A DNA stretch of 64,000 nucleotides from Candidatus Peribacteria bacterium (GCA_028286915.1 JAQBQQ010000017.1:4524-68523), one strand, 5' to 3'; counted from the stretch's first letter, positions 19,482 through 28,520 are shown. Numbers and translations: made by a program. Notes: generated from the sequence alone by a model not told the origin.

Positions 19482-20223
19482 GCGCGTGATGAGTAAGGCC
19501 GCCGTGGGCGCCAAAGTGGCGCTCGATGTGATCGTGACTATGAAGTTCCCCCGGTGCGCACTGGCACAGCTCGCCTTCCTGCAGACACAGCACGCATTTT
19601 ACATTCTTCATGAGAGCATGCGTGTCGTGTGATACGAAAATAATAGTGATGCCCCGCTTTTCATTCATTTCGGTTAGAAATTCGTAAAATTTTACCTGCG
19701 ATTCGGCATCCACGCCCACCGTCGGTTCATCCAGAATCAAAATGGCCGGGTCGGCAGCCAGGGCGCGGGCAATAAAGGCGCGCTGACGTTCGCCGCCGGA
19801 AAGCTGATCAATACGGCGGTTTCGCAGCTCCAGCATATTGGTTTCGGCCAATGCTCGTTCAATGGATACACTGCCGTTATCCGATGGTTTTCGCAGGGGA
19901 GTGCGGCCGCTTCGCACAATTTCTTCCACGGTTGCCGGAAACGAGAAGTCCAACTGCGTAATACGCTGCGGGACATAGCCGATGCGTTCGCGCGCGGACG
20001 ATTCCTGCACGTCCTGTCCTAAAATGCGTACGGTACCCGAGAAGGGTTTCAAAATGCCAAGCATCAGCTTAAGCAGTGTTGTTTTGCCGCTGCCGTTGGG
20101 GCCGATAATACCGGCGTATTCACCCTGTGCGATGTGGAAACTGATGCTGCGGAAAAGGGGAATGCCGTTGTAGCGGAAGCTCACGTCTTTCAGTTCGATG
20201 GCAGGTGTCGTATTTATTGGCAT
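19474..20223 (-). CDS. metal ABC transporter ATP-binding protein
   Basis: Walker A GPNGSGKTT, signature LSGGERQR, Walker B ILILDEP. Confidence 0.9.
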   Translation of the reverse strand: MPINTTPAIELKDVSFRYNGIPLFRSISFHIAQGEYAGIIGPNGSGKTTLLKLMLGILKPFSGTVRILGQDVQESSARERIGYVPQRITQLDFSFPATVEEIVRSGRTPLRKPSDNGSVSIERALAETNMLELRNRRIDQLSGGERQRAFIARALAADPAILILDEPTVGVDAESQVKFYEFLTEMNEKRGITIIFVSHDTHALMKNVKCVLCLQEGELCQCAPGELHSHDHIERHFGAHGGLTHHAHV

Positions 20224-21119
20224 TGCATGGCGGTACGAAGATTGTGGAGATTCTCACGCATGATAGACAGATAATTTTTGCCCGCCCGTATGTCCTCGCT
20301 CGTCAGTCCTTCCAGCGGGTTTAAGACCAGCGTATCAGCCCCTACTTCTTTGGCAATGGTCTGGGCCAGTTTTGGACTCACAAGTGTTTCAAAAAAGATG
20401 TAGCGGATATTATTCGTCCTGGCAGTATCCGCGGTGGCGGCCAGCTCTTTGGCCGACGGTTCACTGTCCGGCGACAGACCGCTGATGGATATGAGCTGGA
20501 AGCCATAGCGTTTGGCCATGTAATGGAAGGCATTGTGGGAAGAAATAATGCTTTTAATTCCGCACGTGGCCAGCCCGGTTTTGTAAGCGGTATCCAATGC
20601 CTGCAACTCATGCGTGTAGGCCGTGGCATTTTTTTCATAGTCCGCCACATGAGCCGGATCTGCGGCAGTGAGTGCATCGCGGATGTGCGTTACTATTGTC
20701 TGAGCCAGAACCGGGTCCAGCCAGACATGCGGGTCCAACGGGCTTTCGTTTGCCGTACCGGTTGCCGTGTCCAGTGGCAGAAAATTTTGTACCCGCAATA
20801 CGCGGGCGTTTCCGGTATCCGCTTTATCGGCCCATGTATCTACGCCACCGCCATTGGCCAAAAATACTGCTGCCGATTGAACACGGCCGATATCCTGTGC
20901 CGTTGGTTCGTAGTCATGCGGTTCGGCCCCGGCCGGGGTAATAGTTGTTACGTCTACGTAGCCGTTGCCCACTGCGCGGCTGAATTCAGCAAGCGGGTAA
21001 AAGGTGGCTACTACTTTAAGCGGGCCGGAGGTGGCGCCAGGTGTTCCGGGTACTGCTCCTGCGCAGCCTGCAAGGAAGCTGGTTGAAAGGACGCATATGC
21101 ATACTGACAAGCGTTTCAT
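20214..21119 (-). CDS. metal ABC transporter substrate-binding lipoprotein (ZnuA/TroA family)
   Basis: Lipobox FLAGC. Cluster-9 SBP blocks (PHDYEP, DPHVWLDP). Confidence 0.85.
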   Translation of the reverse strand: MKRLSVCICVLSTSFLAGCAGAVPGTPGATSGPLKVVATFYPLAEFSRAVGNGYVDVTTITPAGAEPHDYEPTAQDIGRVQSAAVFLANGGGVDTWADKADTGNARVLRVQNFLPLDTATGTANESPLDPHVWLDPVLAQTIVTHIRDALTAADPAHVADYEKNATAYTHELQALDTAYKTGLATCGIKSIISSHNAFHYMAKRYGFQLISISGLSPDSEPSAKELAATADTARTNNIRYIFFETLVSPKLAQTIAKEVGADTLVLNPLEGLTSEDIRAGKNYLSIMRENLHNLRTAMQCQ

Positions 21120-21155
21120 GGCTGCAAAGGAATGAGAAATATATATGCATCTTAA

Positions 21156-21170
21156 TGCAACATTGTTGCA
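21156..21170. promoter_or_regulatory. 7-1-7 palindrome TGCAACA-T-TGTTGCA upstream of the metal-uptake operon (candidate Zur/Fur-family box)
   Basis: Perfect inverted repeat 37 nt upstream of ATG 21119. The 7-1-7 geometry is typical of Fur-family operators. Confidence 0.45.
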
Positions 21171-21236
21171 AAATCAAGAAATTCCTGATCCTTCATAAAA
21201 TGCAGGTTCGTAGTGCGCGGCAAGATTTGCGTTCAA

Positions 21237-22457
21237 TTACGCCCCGTGAATAAATTCCTGTACGGATGACGCACTCAGAGTACGGGCATCCTGTGGCAGA
21301 GTAATGGAAAATGTTGTTCCTTTACTCTCTTCGGAACGGAAGCTGATGTGTCCGCGAACCAGCTGCACCAGCTGATTCACCAGATATAAGCCGAGTCCGT
21401 TCCCGTTATTCTCAATGTAGATAACATTTTCGCCACGGAAGAATTTGCTGAACACCTTCTGCTGCTCCCTGGTCGGAATACCGTAACCGTTATCTTCCAC
21501 TTCTATAATCAATGTTTGTCCTTCTTTCTTTGCGCGCAGCGTAATGGTGCCTTTCAGTGGCGTATACTTAACCGAATTATTCAGCAGGTTACTCAGAATT
21601 TCCTTAAGCAATATCGGGTCGGAGAAGAGTGTAAGTTCGCGGGGACAATCAATCACAACGCTTTGTTCTTTTTTTAGATATTCCGAAAGCTGCTCGGCGC
21701 GGACGGTTTCCAGCAGGCTGGCAAGCTCCATATAGGTAAAGTTCGGCTGTGTTTTGCCCACCTCCAGGTTGGAAAGCTGCATGAGCGTGGCGATGGTTTC
21801 GGCCATGCGCTTACTGCTTTTATGCGCGCCTTCCAGAATGGATTTCAGCTGCTCGCTGCTCATTTTAGTCACATCCGTATCCATCATAATTTCCAGATTC
21901 CAGATGACGGACGTAAGTGGCGTGCGCAGCTGATGACTGGCCAGCGATACGAATTCAGACTTGGAGTTATCGGAAATTTTCCGCTCGGTAATATCCTGTT
22001 GCACCACTGCCAGGAGTGGTTTGCCCTTACCGGTTGCAACCGGGTACATGTTGAGTTGCACGTAGTATTCTTCGCCGCTTTTTTTACGATGAATAATTTC
22101 TTCTGATGCAAACGCGGAGCGTTCGGCAAGCGCGCGCTCAATACGTTGGTACATGTTTAAGCTTGTTTTTTCGCTCCATAGTACAGCCAGAACTTTGCCC
22201 ATACTTTCTTCACGGCTGTAACCGGTCAGTTTTTCCCATGCCTGGTTCACGTACATAATGGTATTTTCCATACTCAGGATACAAATGGCACTGGTGGACG
22301 CGTCTAACGTCAGACGGAATATTGCAGCCGTTGCCTCGGATTCATCAAAACTGTCATATGCCTGACTGATCGCACTGAGCAATGATTGCAGGGAGGGTGA
22401 CGCATCGGGGTTATCTCCCAGGAATTGGCGGATTTGTGCAGCGAGTCGCTGGTGCAT
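21237..22457 (-). CDS. PAS-domain sensor histidine kinase (cytoplasmic)
   Basis: PAS region, H-box SHQLRTPLTS, N/G boxes (GNGLGLYLV). Start trimmed to the ATG at 22457. Confidence 0.85.
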   Translation of the reverse strand: MHQRLAAQIRQFLGDNPDASPSLQSLLSAISQAYDSFDESEATAAIFRLTLDASTSAICILSMENTIMYVNQAWEKLTGYSREESMGKVLAVLWSEKTSLNMYQRIERALAERSAFASEEIIHRKKSGEEYYVQLNMYPVATGKGKPLLAVVQQDITERKISDNSKSEFVSLASHQLRTPLTSVIWNLEIMMDTDVTKMSSEQLKSILEGAHKSSKRMAETIATLMQLSNLEVGKTQPNFTYMELASLLETVRAEQLSEYLKKEQSVVIDCPRELTLFSDPILLKEILSNLLNNSVKYTPLKGTITLRAKKEGQTLIIEVEDNGYGIPTREQQKVFSKFFRGENVIYIENNGNGLGLYLVNQLVQLVRGHISFRSEESKGTTFSITLPQDARTLSASSVQEFIHGA

Positions 22458-22620
22458 AAATAGAAAAAATATCCTCTTATTATAGCAGAAATAGCCACAC
22501 ATATCCATACTGCTATTCTAAAGAGCGTGTGGGCAGCTTGTGCCTAATGCATACGTTCTTTGGCAGTTACTACGTATCCGGTCTTTTCCGAAGTCTACTT
22601 TTGTGCTATACTTTCTGCAT

Positions 22621-23007
22621 ATGCACGCAAAAACAAAAAAAATTCTGATCGTGGAAGATGAGACCATGCTGGCCAAAGCCATGGAGTTACACTTCAAGAA
22701 GCATGACTTTGAAACCAAGTTGTGTGGCGATGGCGATTCGGCCATTGAGGAACTGATGACGGAAAACTATGACGTGATTCTCCTAGATCTTATTTTACCG
22801 GGTAAAGACGGTTACGCCGTTTTAGAGGCCATGAAGCAGACGATAAATGCCGATGTTCCTATTTTTGTGCTTACCAATTTGAGCCAGGAGGAGAGCTTGT
22901 CCAGAGCGGAAGCGCTGGGCGCCATTCGCTGTTACGTAAAAGCCAAAATTTCACTGAAAGAAGTGATTGATGAAATTCGGGAAGAGCTGGCGAAGAGAAG
23001 CAAATAG
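22621..23007 (+). CDS. receiver-only response regulator (paralog of 2653-3045)
   Basis: KKILIVEDE, DVILLDLILPGKDG, TNLSQ. An extended -10 (TGcTATACT, 22604-22612) lies 8 nt before the ATG. Confidence 0.85.
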   Translation: MHAKTKKILIVEDETMLAKAMELHFKKHDFETKLCGDGDSAIEELMTENYDVILLDLILPGKDGYAVLEAMKQTINADVPIFVLTNLSQEESLSRAEALGAIRCYVKAKISLKEVIDEIREELAKRSK

Positions 23008-23182
23008 GCTTGTTTGTTTTAGTGAAAAGTCGATCAGAAAATGACTCACAAGGCCGGTTGGCGGTCATGCATCATCAGTCTGTAGTTTTTAGCACACTAC
23101 GTTTGTCAGAATGAATGATGGCTCTTTGTACATGATTCCACCAAAGCATAGGGGGTTGGTTCGATGTATCAATGCATAAGAT

Positions 23183-23722
23183 TTATGCCTTTTTTTTGCG
23201 CTTCGCCATTTCCTGTAATACCTGGTCCGGAGATATCTCCACTTTCAATTGCTCCAGTTCCGGGTCATTGCAGGCATCTATGCCCATGTGATCCGCAATG
23301 GCGTCCACCAGTTTAAGAATTTTGGTTACCTCGTATTCGCCGAGCAGGTTCACATGCAAATCCAAGTCCGCACGCTGGTCCGCCACCTGTGCCAGCCTGT
23401 TCTGGCTGATGAGAACGAATGTGGAAAGGAAAATGGCCTCCAGGGAGACGACCATGGTGAGCAGGCCGAACGGAAAAGGATCAAAAGCCGGAATCGACGT
23501 GAGGCTGGTATTGATAAGCATCCAGACCGCAAACCAGATGACATGAAAGTACAGAAATACCATGCTGCCGGAGAAGGACGTAATCCAATCGGCAATTTTA
23601 TCTTGTATGCTTTTGGCCTGTTCCAGTTGCTGGCGCATTTCCAGAAGCGTATCAATATTCCGGTCGATCACCTGTGCCAGGTGCTGTTGATGCAGTTGTT
23701 TGGTGACGGGTTTCTTTTTCAT
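23183..23722 (-). CDS. DUF1003-family membrane protein
   Basis: Two TM helices with the FDPFPFGLLTMVVSLEAIFLSTFVLISQNR signature. 4-nt overlap with the upstream kinase gene. Confidence 0.7.
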   Translation of the reverse strand: MKKKPVTKQLHQQHLAQVIDRNIDTLLEMRQQLEQAKSIQDKIADWITSFSGSMVFLYFHVIWFAVWMLINTSLTSIPAFDPFPFGLLTMVVSLEAIFLSTFVLISQNRLAQVADQRADLDLHVNLLGEYEVTKILKLVDAIADHMGIDACNDPELEQLKVEISPDQVLQEMAKRKKKA

Positions 23723-25179
23723 AGTGTGGGGGTATGAGAAGTGTTTGCTTCGAATGATTCGTCTGCCGGTAGCGTAAAGTACACAGAAGTTCCTTTGCCT
23801 TTCATGCTTTCAATCCACATTTGCCCGCCGCTATGCTCTATAATGCCTTTGGTAATGTAGAGTCCCAAGCCGTTACCTACCGGCTGCTGCTTCATGGCGT
23901 CTTTGCCCCTGCGCATCTGGTGGAAAATGCCGGTTAGATCTTCCGATGAAATACCATAGCCTTCATCGCGCATGCAAAGGAGTATATGATTTTTCTCGTA
24001 CGGCTTGGCTTCAATGAAAATACTACTCCCGGACGGGGAATAGTACATGGCGTTTTTCAGTAGGGATTGTATGACTTCCGCTAAAAGTGACCGGTCGAAG
24101 ATGACGCACAGATCGCTATTTACATTTAATATCACGCGTTGTTCGCGGTACGTGAGGTCTGTGCGGAAAGCGGCAACAGTACTCTCTATGGAGGTGCGCA
24201 GATTCAGTTCTTCGTTGTGCAACGTCAATTCTTTGCGGCGCAGTTGACTTGCTTTGGCCAGTGCTTCAATAATTTCGGTCATCCGGGCAATGCCGATATT
24301 CAGCTGCGCGAAGGCTTCATGTTTACCGAGTTCTGATTTCTCGCATTCATCATGCAGGATTTCCACCCACCAGCGCATGCCGGAGAGTGGCGTGCCAATC
24401 TGGTGCAGTGTCAAATCCATAAGACGGGAACGTTCATGGTCCAGTTCCTGCATATTTTCCAGTCGCCGCTTCCAGACGAAAATGCCGATGTAGCTGGTCA
24501 TGAGTACACCAACCACGAACACCAGTAAAAGAACCAGTGGCGACAGCACGCTTTGCGAGACAATCAGATATTCGCTGGCATCCATATCAATACCAAGCAC
24601 TGCTACCGTTTGGCCATTGGCATTCACAATAGGTGCGAACCCGGACAGGAGCGAGCCCCACTGGTCGGTATAAATGGCGGTGACAGTCGGCTGTTCGAAC
24701 GCCGCTTTCTTCAGTTCCGGAACAGCGAGGATATTATAGCTTTCGCCCGGGTAGCCGGGTTCTTCGTTGGGGTCCACGACGCCGTTTTTATTGGTGTCCA
24801 GCGCGGCCACACTTTTGCCGGTATCGGCATCAGCTACAAACGTTAAGGCCTGCGGGTCGTTTGTTTTACGGAAGATATACGCGAACTTTGCCTGGGGCAC
24901 GCGGTTGCGGATATTATCCAGTTTACGAACGGTAGTACGGAATGTCTGAGTGGTCATATCGCTCGTCCGGTGGATGGCATGTATTTCCTCAGCCGAAAAT
25001 TGGAGCGCACCCACGGCGGCCGCTGTCTTTAGTTCCTCCTGGATTTTGGATTGCAGTACGGATTTGCTGCGGAAATGGAAAAAGATGCCCAGCGTGACAA
25101 TAACTACCAGCACAATGCAGGCCGGCGTAAGGCTGCGAAGCGTACGGAAGGTTTCCCGGATAGTGAGACGTTTATTCAT
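23719..25179 (-). CDS. membrane sensor histidine kinase with periplasmic-type sensor domain
   Basis: Two TM segments flank a roughly 190-aa extracytoplasmic region. HATPase G-box GNGLGLYITKGIIEHSGG. Confidence 0.8.
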   Translation of the reverse strand: MNKRLTIRETFRTLRSLTPACIVLVVIVTLGIFFHFRSKSVLQSKIQEELKTAAAVGALQFSAEEIHAIHRTSDMTTQTFRTTVRKLDNIRNRVPQAKFAYIFRKTNDPQALTFVADADTGKSVAALDTNKNGVVDPNEEPGYPGESYNILAVPELKKAAFEQPTVTAIYTDQWGSLLSGFAPIVNANGQTVAVLGIDMDASEYLIVSQSVLSPLVLLLVFVVGVLMTSYIGIFVWKRRLENMQELDHERSRLMDLTLHQIGTPLSGMRWWVEILHDECEKSELGKHEAFAQLNIGIARMTEIIEALAKASQLRRKELTLHNEELNLRTSIESTVAAFRTDLTYREQRVILNVNSDLCVIFDRSLLAEVIQSLLKNAMYYSPSGSSIFIEAKPYEKNHILLCMRDEGYGISSEDLTGIFHQMRRGKDAMKQQPVGNGLGLYITKGIIEHSGGQMWIESMKGKGTSVYFTLPADESFEANTSHTPTL

Positions 25180-25279
25180 GTGTGTTGATTTATCTGGATA
25201 TTATAGCAGATTTGACGTTTTTTTGCGAGAGGCGGCTTATGCATTGTCCGGACGGACAGTCCGGGTTTAGTATGCACGT

Positions 25280-25843
25280 ATGCACTCTCTTATTATCACC
25301 GCTCACCCCAATGCGCAGGGTTTTACGCATCAAATAGCCGGAAAGTACCAAAAGGTCCGGGAGGAGGCTGGCCATACGGTACAGATATTGAATCTCTATG
25401 CGCCGGAGAACCGGCAGGAATTTCTGACATATAAAGACCAGAAAGAACTGAGTGCCAGAGGCCAGCAGCTGAATGCCATACAAAAAGAGATTCAGAAAGC
25501 CGATGAGCTGGTCTTCATATTTCCTGTCTGGTGGTACGACGTACCGGCCATTTTGAAGAATTTTTTAGACATGAATTTTGCGCCGGGTTTTGCATTTTCC
25601 TATTCCTCGCGTGGCATTAAGGGGCTGTTTACCGGCAAGACCATGCGCTTCTTTTCTACAGCAGCCGCACCGGCTCTTATTTACCGCTTGGGTTTTCTGC
25701 CGTATGTTCCCAGTTTTAGAAAATCCCTCAAAGATTGTGGTATTCGTTTATCTTCAAAGACTATTTTTGGCTCACGTCGCGGCCCCAATGGTACACAGGA
25801 AAAGAAGTGGCTTGAAGACGTACGCGTTTTAGCAGCCATATAA
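25280..25843 (+). CDS. flavodoxin-like NAD(P)H dehydrogenase (quinone)/FMN reductase
   Basis: MHSLIITAHPNAQGFT N-terminus and the FPVWWYDVPAILK motif of the Flavodoxin_2 family. Confidence 0.75.
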   Translation: MHSLIITAHPNAQGFTHQIAGKYQKVREEAGHTVQILNLYAPENRQEFLTYKDQKELSARGQQLNAIQKEIQKADELVFIFPVWWYDVPAILKNFLDMNFAPGFAFSYSSRGIKGLFTGKTMRFFSTAAAPALIYRLGFLPYVPSFRKSLKDCGIRLSSKTIFGSRRGPNGTQEKKWLEDVRVLAAI

Positions 25844-25844
25844 T

Positions 25845-26183
25845 ATGGACATCATTCCGTATTCCCAATTTGAGCAAGTGGAGCTGCGTGTCGGTCGGGT
25901 GATTGCTGTGGCTGATTTTCCCGAAGCCAGAAAACCGGCCTATATACTTACTATCGATTTTGGTGCGGACATAGGCACCAGGAAATCATCCGCGCAGATA
26001 ACGGAAAAGTATGCCAAAGAGGAGCTCATGAACCGGCTGGTAGTTTGTGTCGTGAACTTTGCTGCCAAGCAGATCGGGCCGCTTCTGTCGAAGTGTCTGG
26101 TCTGCGGCACGAATGACGCGGAGGGGAGAGTGACACTTTTACATGTGGATGCCGGTGTACCGTTGGGATCGAAAATTTATTAG
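25845..26183 (+). CDS. csaA: CsaA/YgjH-type tRNA-binding domain protein
   Basis: FEQVELRVGRVIAV...KPAYILTIDFG OB-fold tRNA-binding signature. 112 aa. Confidence 0.8.
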   Translation: MDIIPYSQFEQVELRVGRVIAVADFPEARKPAYILTIDFGADIGTRKSSAQITEKYAKEELMNRLVVCVVNFAAKQIGPLLSKCLVCGTNDAEGRVTLLHVDAGVPLGSKIY

Positions 26184-26230
26184 CGCTAGTTCCTGGCCGA
26201 CAGTGCTGCCATCGCTCATACAAAGGTAAT

Positions 26231-26971
26231 TTATATCGATATCACCGATACAGCCCTAAAACCCACCCGTTCTATAGTCCCGGACTTGAAAATTTTCAAA
26301 GCCGCTTCTGTATCAGCACGGCGCATTTCCGCTGTAAACAACATATCCAACCCTGCATCACCTGCTTTCGGAAGGGCTGGATGCAGCACAAACTCCGTTA
26401 GTGGAAAATCTTTAAAGGCTGATAATCGTTCACCGAATTCTTCGGGTTCGCATGGCGATCGTTTGGTGCCTTCGCAATTCCAGCTGTAGAAATTATGCCG
26501 GACATGCGGCGCTTTTAACTGCATGGGTGGAATATCGCCTTCAAACAACTCATTCATCATCTCCATCCACCACGGCAAAATTTTATCATTTATATCGGCA
26601 TTAAAGTTGCCGTGCGTGCTTATGTGTGCCGGGTTCCGGCCAAGCTGATCCCGGAAAAACCTGAGCTGCCGCCGGGCATCTTCAGCAGCTTTTTGTTGCA
26701 TTTCTTTCTGTTCACCCAGGCATGTTCCTTTTCTTTTTAAATCTTTGGTCATCTGCACGCGTTCGGCATCGGATATTCCGCTCAGCTCAAAGTGCAGCCC
26801 GATGGATACATTCGGCATATTCATCATCACTTTTGCCCGCTCTATGGCGCCGGGCTGTTCTATAAGATATTCGGCGCAGAAGGGGAGTTTGGTTTGTTCT
26901 GCCAATGTTTGTATGCCTCTATCTACAGATGCAAACCCGGCATCGTCGCATATAAGGAAGAGGGAGGGCAT
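26231..26971 (-). CDS. ChbG/HpnK (YdjC-like) carbohydrate deacetylase family protein
   Basis: N-terminal LICDDAGFASVDRGI and the IGLHFEL block follow the YdjC pattern (xNADDFGxS..N.GI ... iGxHxxL). Confidence 0.6.
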   Translation of the reverse strand: MPSLFLICDDAGFASVDRGIQTLAEQTKLPFCAEYLIEQPGAIERAKVMMNMPNVSIGLHFELSGISDAERVQMTKDLKRKGTCLGEQKEMQQKAAEDARRQLRFFRDQLGRNPAHISTHGNFNADINDKILPWWMEMMNELFEGDIPPMQLKAPHVRHNFYSWNCEGTKRSPCEPEEFGERLSAFKDFPLTEFVLHPALPKAGDAGLDMLFTAEMRRADTEAALKIFKSGTIERVGFRAVSVISI

Positions 26972-26974
26972 ATT

Positions 26975-27124
26975 ATGTGGATTATAGGATATATAATTGC
27001 TAGTTTATATAGCATGACTACTGATGAGGATATGGAAGATATTAAAGCGATTAAAGAAAGCATGAATGAGCCGACTATTTCTTTTTATGAGGCATTTTTA
27101 CCAGTTGACCAAGCGATAATCTAA
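26975..27124 (+). CDS. possible 49-aa ORF in an AT-rich insert
   Basis: MWIIGYIIASLYSMTTDEDMEDIKAIKESMNEPTISFYEAFLPVDQAII, with GGGAGGG 8 nt upstream. No homology recognised. Confidence 0.2.
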   Translation: MWIIGYIIASLYSMTTDEDMEDIKAIKESMNEPTISFYEAFLPVDQAII

Positions 27125-27130
27125 TTAAAT

Positions 27131-27197
27131 GTTTGCGTATGCCCCGGTTCACAGACGCAAACCCGGCGTCGTCGCAGATGAGGAGGAGAGAGGGCAT
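27131..27197 (-). pseudogene. orphan 5-prime fragment of a YdjC-like paralog
   Basis: Encodes MPSLLLICDDAGFASVNRGI, then diverges. A roughly 65-nt imperfect direct repeat of 26908-26971 (MPSLFLICDDAGFASVDRGI). Confidence 0.6.
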
Positions 27198-27213
27198 AGA
27201 AGATTATAATTTT

Positions 27214-27801
27214 TTATTCCATCAAACGGAACCAGTCACGCATTGTAAGTTGTAATCTTACAATTTCATCATCAGCAAGTTGGCTACAATGGGCTATTGG
27301 ACCTCTGAGGATATTTAAATTAGACATAACTCTTTCTACTGCTTTAATGCTTGAAAAAATTGAAGCAAATACATCCCAATTATTTTTTATAATTTCGCCC
27401 AATTCTCCGAAAGTGCAAAAATCAATCGGCTCTTCAGATCGTGGTGTTACAGCAGAGTCGATTTCTCTCTTTTGCCTTTCTTCGGCAACTTTCCTTAACT
27501 CTGCTTTGATTCTATGGCTTAACCACCAATTTGTGCCTTCTGCAGCACTTAATGTTGCAGTTATTAATCTCCTAACCGTTTTTTCTAAAGAGTAAAAAGT
27601 TTCATAATGCGGAGCCATAATTGCTGCTTCATTTTTTATATCTTGTTCAATTTGTGGATAGTAGGTTTCATCAGCTTCAATTGTATTTTTATGTCCACGG
27701 CTAAGATCTATTCCATATTTTTTTTCCACTTGATCTAGTTCATGCTCTATGAGCTGACTTGTCATTGAAAAATGTTTTATGGAATTAATAATGTTGCTCA
27801 T
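27214..27801 (-). CDS. Swt1-like HEPN domain protein (predicted RNase)
   Basis: Rx4H motif NILRGPIAH (R166/H171, codons 27289-27306), plus NWW and IIKNNWDVF blocks typical of Swt1-type HEPN. About 32% GC. Confidence 0.75.
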   Translation of the reverse strand: MSNIINSIKHFSMTSQLIEHELDQVEKKYGIDLSRGHKNTIEADETYYPQIEQDIKNEAAIMAPHYETFYSLEKTVRRLITATLSAAEGTNWWLSHRIKAELRKVAEERQKREIDSAVTPRSEEPIDFCTFGELGEIIKNNWDVFASIFSSIKAVERVMSNLNILRGPIAHCSQLADDEIVRLQLTMRDWFRLME

Positions 27802-28460
27802 CTATCTATAAGGTGATCGCGTAAGCTTTTAAATATTGCATTAAAAACTGCGATATCTGAAGTCGCAGGTAAATTCAAATTAATTGTATAACCAAGTTTA
27901 ATATCGATACTTTTTTTATCTACCTCTTTTATGGGAGAAAATTTTTGTTCAAAATCTGGTGTTGGCTCACTCTCTAAGACATCTTTTTCGTTTATATCAT
28001 CAAAATTAGCAAGACTGCGTAAAGCTTTGAATGAACCTATTATTGATTTAACTGATGAGGAACTGGCATCTAAGCCGGTAGCTTGAACAATTACACCTTT
28101 TAACTCAGCATCAGAAGCATCATGCACATATTCATTTATTTCATACAAAGCTGCATAGCCTTTTCTTATCCCTTGAGCTGCAGCATGGGGCCTCAATTGT
28201 TCATTTCTAAATTCCTTATATAAATCTGTAGGTGTACCATCGGCATTTAAGAATCCTGTCCTTTTTAGAAAAGGAATAATAGGTCTGGCTGAGCCTCCTT
28301 TTAATGCAAGTTTAGTCGAAAGAAAATCTTGAGTAAAACGATCTGGCGTTGAAGCTGTTTTAATCTTTTCTAAAGTTTTTGTTATAATACCATAAGCGTT
28401 TACATAAGGTACGTTTATTCCTCCATTTTGACCTGCACTTAATGTTTTCGGATTTGTCAT
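27798..28460 (-). CDS. DUF5343-like protein, partner of the HEPN protein
   Basis: TPDRFTQDFLSTKLALKGGSARPIIPFLKRTGFL block as I remember it for DUF5343. Stop overlaps the HEPN start (ATGA). Confidence 0.55.
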   Translation of the reverse strand: MTNPKTLSAGQNGGINVPYVNAYGIITKTLEKIKTASTPDRFTQDFLSTKLALKGGSARPIIPFLKRTGFLNADGTPTDLYKEFRNEQLRPHAAAQGIRKGYAALYEINEYVHDASDAELKGVIVQATGLDASSSSVKSIIGSFKALRSLANFDDINEKDVLESEPTPDFEQKFSPIKEVDKKSIDIKLGYTINLNLPATSDIAVFNAIFKSLRDHLIDR

Positions 28461-28466
28461 AAATGC

Positions 28467-28478
28467 AATTGTACAATT
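28467..28478. promoter_or_regulatory. perfect palindrome AATTGTACAATT overlapping the -10 (TACAAT) of the HEPN operon
   Basis: Minus-strand read: TTGCAT-16-TACAAT-7 nt-ATG(28460). The palindrome covers the -10, as in autoregulated TA operons. Confidence 0.5.
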
Positions 28479-28520
28479 CTATGGGGTATATGCAAATTTA
28501 GTTTTATTTAATTTATCCAT

